A stretch of DNA of 6,951 nt, taken from positions 1 to 6,951 of the IMG/VR virus record IMGVR_UViG_3300033830_000018, one strand, 5' to 3'. Position 1 is the stretch's first letter. Each line of letters opens with the position of its first letter. The notes below the pieces were generated by a model. That model was not told where the DNA came from. It saw only the letters and a program-made list of their open reading frames with translations, and searched no databases. Positions 4,935-6,951 of this stretch are shown piece by piece. The position numbers and the translations under genes were made by a program.

Positions 4935-4942
4935 TTTTTAAA
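4935..4942 (+). promoter_or_regulatory. Rightward TATA box (TTTTTAAA)
   Basis: Ends 24 nt before ATG 4966. Confidence 0.7.
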
Positions 4943-4965
4943 CCTTTTTGCGAGAAGTTAAAGAC

Positions 4966-5253
4966 ATGAAGCCAGAGTGTAAAGTTCTTTTAAAGGCGTT
5001 CGAAAGTCTTTCTTCTATTCAAAGTAAATATGATGAAGATTTTCCTGAAATGCTATCGTACATGTATCTTCTGCTAAAGGGGTACTGGAGAGTTAACGAT
5101 GACGGAGAAACTGAAGAAGTGAAAACACCGCCGTTTACGACTATATCCCTCCTTAACGCCATGAGAGAAATCACGAAAAGAATTAGGAACGGTACCACAA
5201 TCGAAGAAATCATAAGCGAAAAGGAATTATGCGGGGATGTTGAGGAGGTATGA
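4966..5253 (+). CDS. Acidic hypothetical protein (95 aa)
   Basis: The ORF track starts at TTG 4948, but ATG 4966 (MKPECK...) is at leaderless distance from the TATA; ATGA overlap with the next gene. Confidence 0.8.
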   Translation: MKPECKVLLKAFESLSSIQSKYDEDFPEMLSYMYLLLKGYWRVNDDGETEEVKTPPFTTISLLNAMREITKRIRNGTTIEEIISEKELCGDVEEV

Positions 5254-5666
5254 CAGCAATAAATTCAACCGTGATAAATGCGTTACCTCCTTTTTTCTAC
5301 ACACAGGTCTTTCTTGTTGATATCGCAGGAGGGTTCATTATAATGACAATAATTGAGCTGTTTCTGCTAAGAAACAGTAGCCTAACCCATCTACGACTTG
5401 CTTTGCCGTTCCTAACGTTTTCTCTCGGGTTTACTCTTATATCGTTATATCTTTCTCCATACATAACATATAACCCAGTATACACTACGCCGTACAACGT
5501 AACGTACAGGATTACGCCCTACAGTACCGATGGTGCTGTTCTTCTATACATCAGTATCGCAATCCTTGCCATGGCTATAGCATACTTTATTTATGCGTTT
5601 GCGGTCGATGTGTTGCACCTTTCTTTTGGTGGTGGTAGTAAAGATGATGGTTATTTCATACCTTAG
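5250..5666 (+). CDS. Membrane protein (138 aa, about 3 transmembrane helices)
   Basis: Three hydrophobic stretches (VFLVDIAGGFIIMTIIELFLL, LALPFLTFSLGFTLISLYL, GAVLLYISIAILAMAIAYFIYAFAV); GAGGAGG ribosome site; Y/T/P-rich loop with an NVT sequon. Confidence 0.85.
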   Translation: MTAINSTVINALPPFFYTQVFLVDIAGGFIIMTIIELFLLRNSSLTHLRLALPFLTFSLGFTLISLYLSPYITYNPVYTTPYNVTYRITPYSTDGAVLLYISIAILAMAIAYFIYAFAVDVLHLSFGGGSKDDGYFIP

Positions 5667-5677
5667 GGGTAATACCC

Positions 5678-6256
5678 ATGTTAATGTTTAAGAAAAAAAC
5701 GTTGCCAATCGTCTATAAGAATTACGACGCATTATTATTTTTGCCCCCAGCCATAGTCAGCATTGATAAAAAAACGAGGATAATAGAAAAAAATGGCGTA
5801 CATGTTGCGATAATGTATTCGGAAACCAACGGCATTTCTGTGATGATGGATTTGCCCATTGATTTTCTGAAATTATACTATAAGATGACTACACAAGTAA
5901 ATCAGGGGAACCCCAGTGACAGGATAGTCTATTTTGCAATAGTTTACATTTCTCCGCAAGCGTATGCAAGAGAAAGAGCAAAAGTACTAAAAATGAGTAC
6001 GAACACTAAAAAGAAGTTTTTCATCTTCCCAAGGTGGATTTGGCTCAACCTGGAGCGTCATAACGATACGATGAGTTATTTCGTCATGAACAAATTTGAA
6101 GACGATGACCCTGCAAACTATTCGAAGGAATTCGACACATTCGGTGCCGTTGGGATTACCTTCAACAATTACTTTATTTTCGCTAGTGTTGCGAGAAAGG
6201 AGTACATAGCTTCTGTAAATAAACAAATATCCCTCGGTGTGGGGGTGGGGTTATAA
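5678..6256 (+). CDS. Hypothetical protein (192 aa)
   Basis: ORF 11 nt after the previous stop with a GGGGT ribosome site; TAATG overlap with the next gene. Confidence 0.82.
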   Translation: MLMFKKKTLPIVYKNYDALLFLPPAIVSIDKKTRIIEKNGVHVAIMYSETNGISVMMDLPIDFLKLYYKMTTQVNQGNPSDRIVYFAIVYISPQAYARERAKVLKMSTNTKKKFFIFPRWIWLNLERHNDTMSYFVMNKFEDDDPANYSKEFDTFGAVGITFNNYFIFASVARKEYIASVNKQISLGVGVGL

Positions 6257-6780
6257 TGTCTCTCTCATATTTGCAATCACTCGTTGGGAAAAATGTGATA
6301 TTATTCAACTATCTACGTAATGTATTCAAAAATAAAATATACAAAATAGTCGAAAATGGGGACGAATATACTCTTTATATTGATATGGGGATAGCTAGTA
6401 GGTTACAGCACAGGATCACATATCCTGGGATTTACTTCATTACGGATGTAATGATACAGGGTACCAACTATGTAATTTTTCTAAAAAAACAAGTCGACCT
6501 GAAGAAGTTTGCAATAGTAAGCTCTGTAACAACTTCTGAATATTACGTATCTTCGTACCGTAAAATACAGTATAAAACCGATGAGGGGTACATATTCGAC
6601 GCTTTAGAATTCGATATAGGCGGGTTCAAGCACCTTACATTTAACTATAATAAATGTATTATAGCGAAAGCGAAAAAGACTGGTCATAAGCGTATTGCGT
6701 TATGCCTAGGTGATAGTGTTATAATTGAAGATATAAATGATGTTTCGTGCAGTGACTGTGAGTGGTTTACGGTTGAGTAG
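6256..6780 (+). CDS. Hypothetical beta-rich protein (174 aa) with C-terminal cysteines (CxxC)
   Basis: Coupled ORF with a G-rich ribosome site (GGGGGTGGGG); four Cys in the last ~45 aa, including CSDC. Confidence 0.82.
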   Translation: MSLSYLQSLVGKNVILFNYLRNVFKNKIYKIVENGDEYTLYIDMGIASRLQHRITYPGIYFITDVMIQGTNYVIFLKKQVDLKKFAIVSSVTTSEYYVSSYRKIQYKTDEGYIFDALEFDIGGFKHLTFNYNKCIIAKAKKTGHKRIALCLGDSVIIEDINDVSCSDCEWFTVE

Positions 6781-6791
6781 GGTGATGGACA

Positions 6792-6951
6792 ATGGTATAT
6801 AATAAAAAGGACGAAGTCCCTTCTGCCGAGCAATTCCAATTTATTGTGTATAAAGAGGTATGTATGGGGAACAGTAGTATGGTATATCCTACTTTAGCTA
6901 TAGAGAGGCTGAACACTGTAATGCTTACCTATTACAGCGACGAGATAGAAG
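6792..6951 (+). CDS. Hypothetical protein, 5' fragment running off the window
   Basis: Not in the ORF track. GGTGA (6781-6785) precedes ATG 6792; the frame is open to the end: MVYNKKDEVPSAEQFQFIVYKEVCMGNSSMVYPTLAIERLNTVMLTYYSDEIE. Confidence 0.75.
   Translation, partial: MVYNKKDEVPSAEQFQFIVYKEVCMGNSSMVYPTLAIERLNTVMLTYYSDEIE

Noticed and set aside
5019-6226. Minus-strand ORFs 5019..5213, 5297..5497 and 5987..6226
   Set aside because: Antisense shadows within a coupled plus-strand operon.
5678-6780. Possible paralogy between the 192-aa and 174-aa proteins (KTRIIEKNG versus KIYKIVENG)
   Set aside because: Similarity is limited to a few residues and cannot be supported without profile comparison.

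Overview
AT-rich, gene-dense window that reads as part of an archaeal mobile element. TATA boxes lie about 24 nt before leaderless ATGs, with GGTGA/GAGGTG ribosome sites and oligo-T terminators, which fits a Sulfolobales virus or plasmid. A large spindle-shaped (bicaudavirus-like) virus is my best guess, by inference only. The window opens with the 3' end of a tyrosine recombinase, then a small possibly AbrB-like protein and a convergent 317-aa unknown. Next come three co-oriented transcription units, each preceded by the same composite intergenic module: palindrome (CTCA)AACAGCTGTT(TGAG), a second imperfect inverted repeat, then a strong BRE/TATA. They carry a 63-aa protein, a C2H2 zinc-finger protein and a 192/252-aa gene pair. 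The palindrome recurs inside a PseT-like HAD phosphatase gene and, with a symmetric centre change (CATATG), in the divergent promoter region at about 4900. The right end is a coupled operon of unknown genes, one encoding a membrane protein. No tRNA, rRNA, CRISPR array or IS element was seen.
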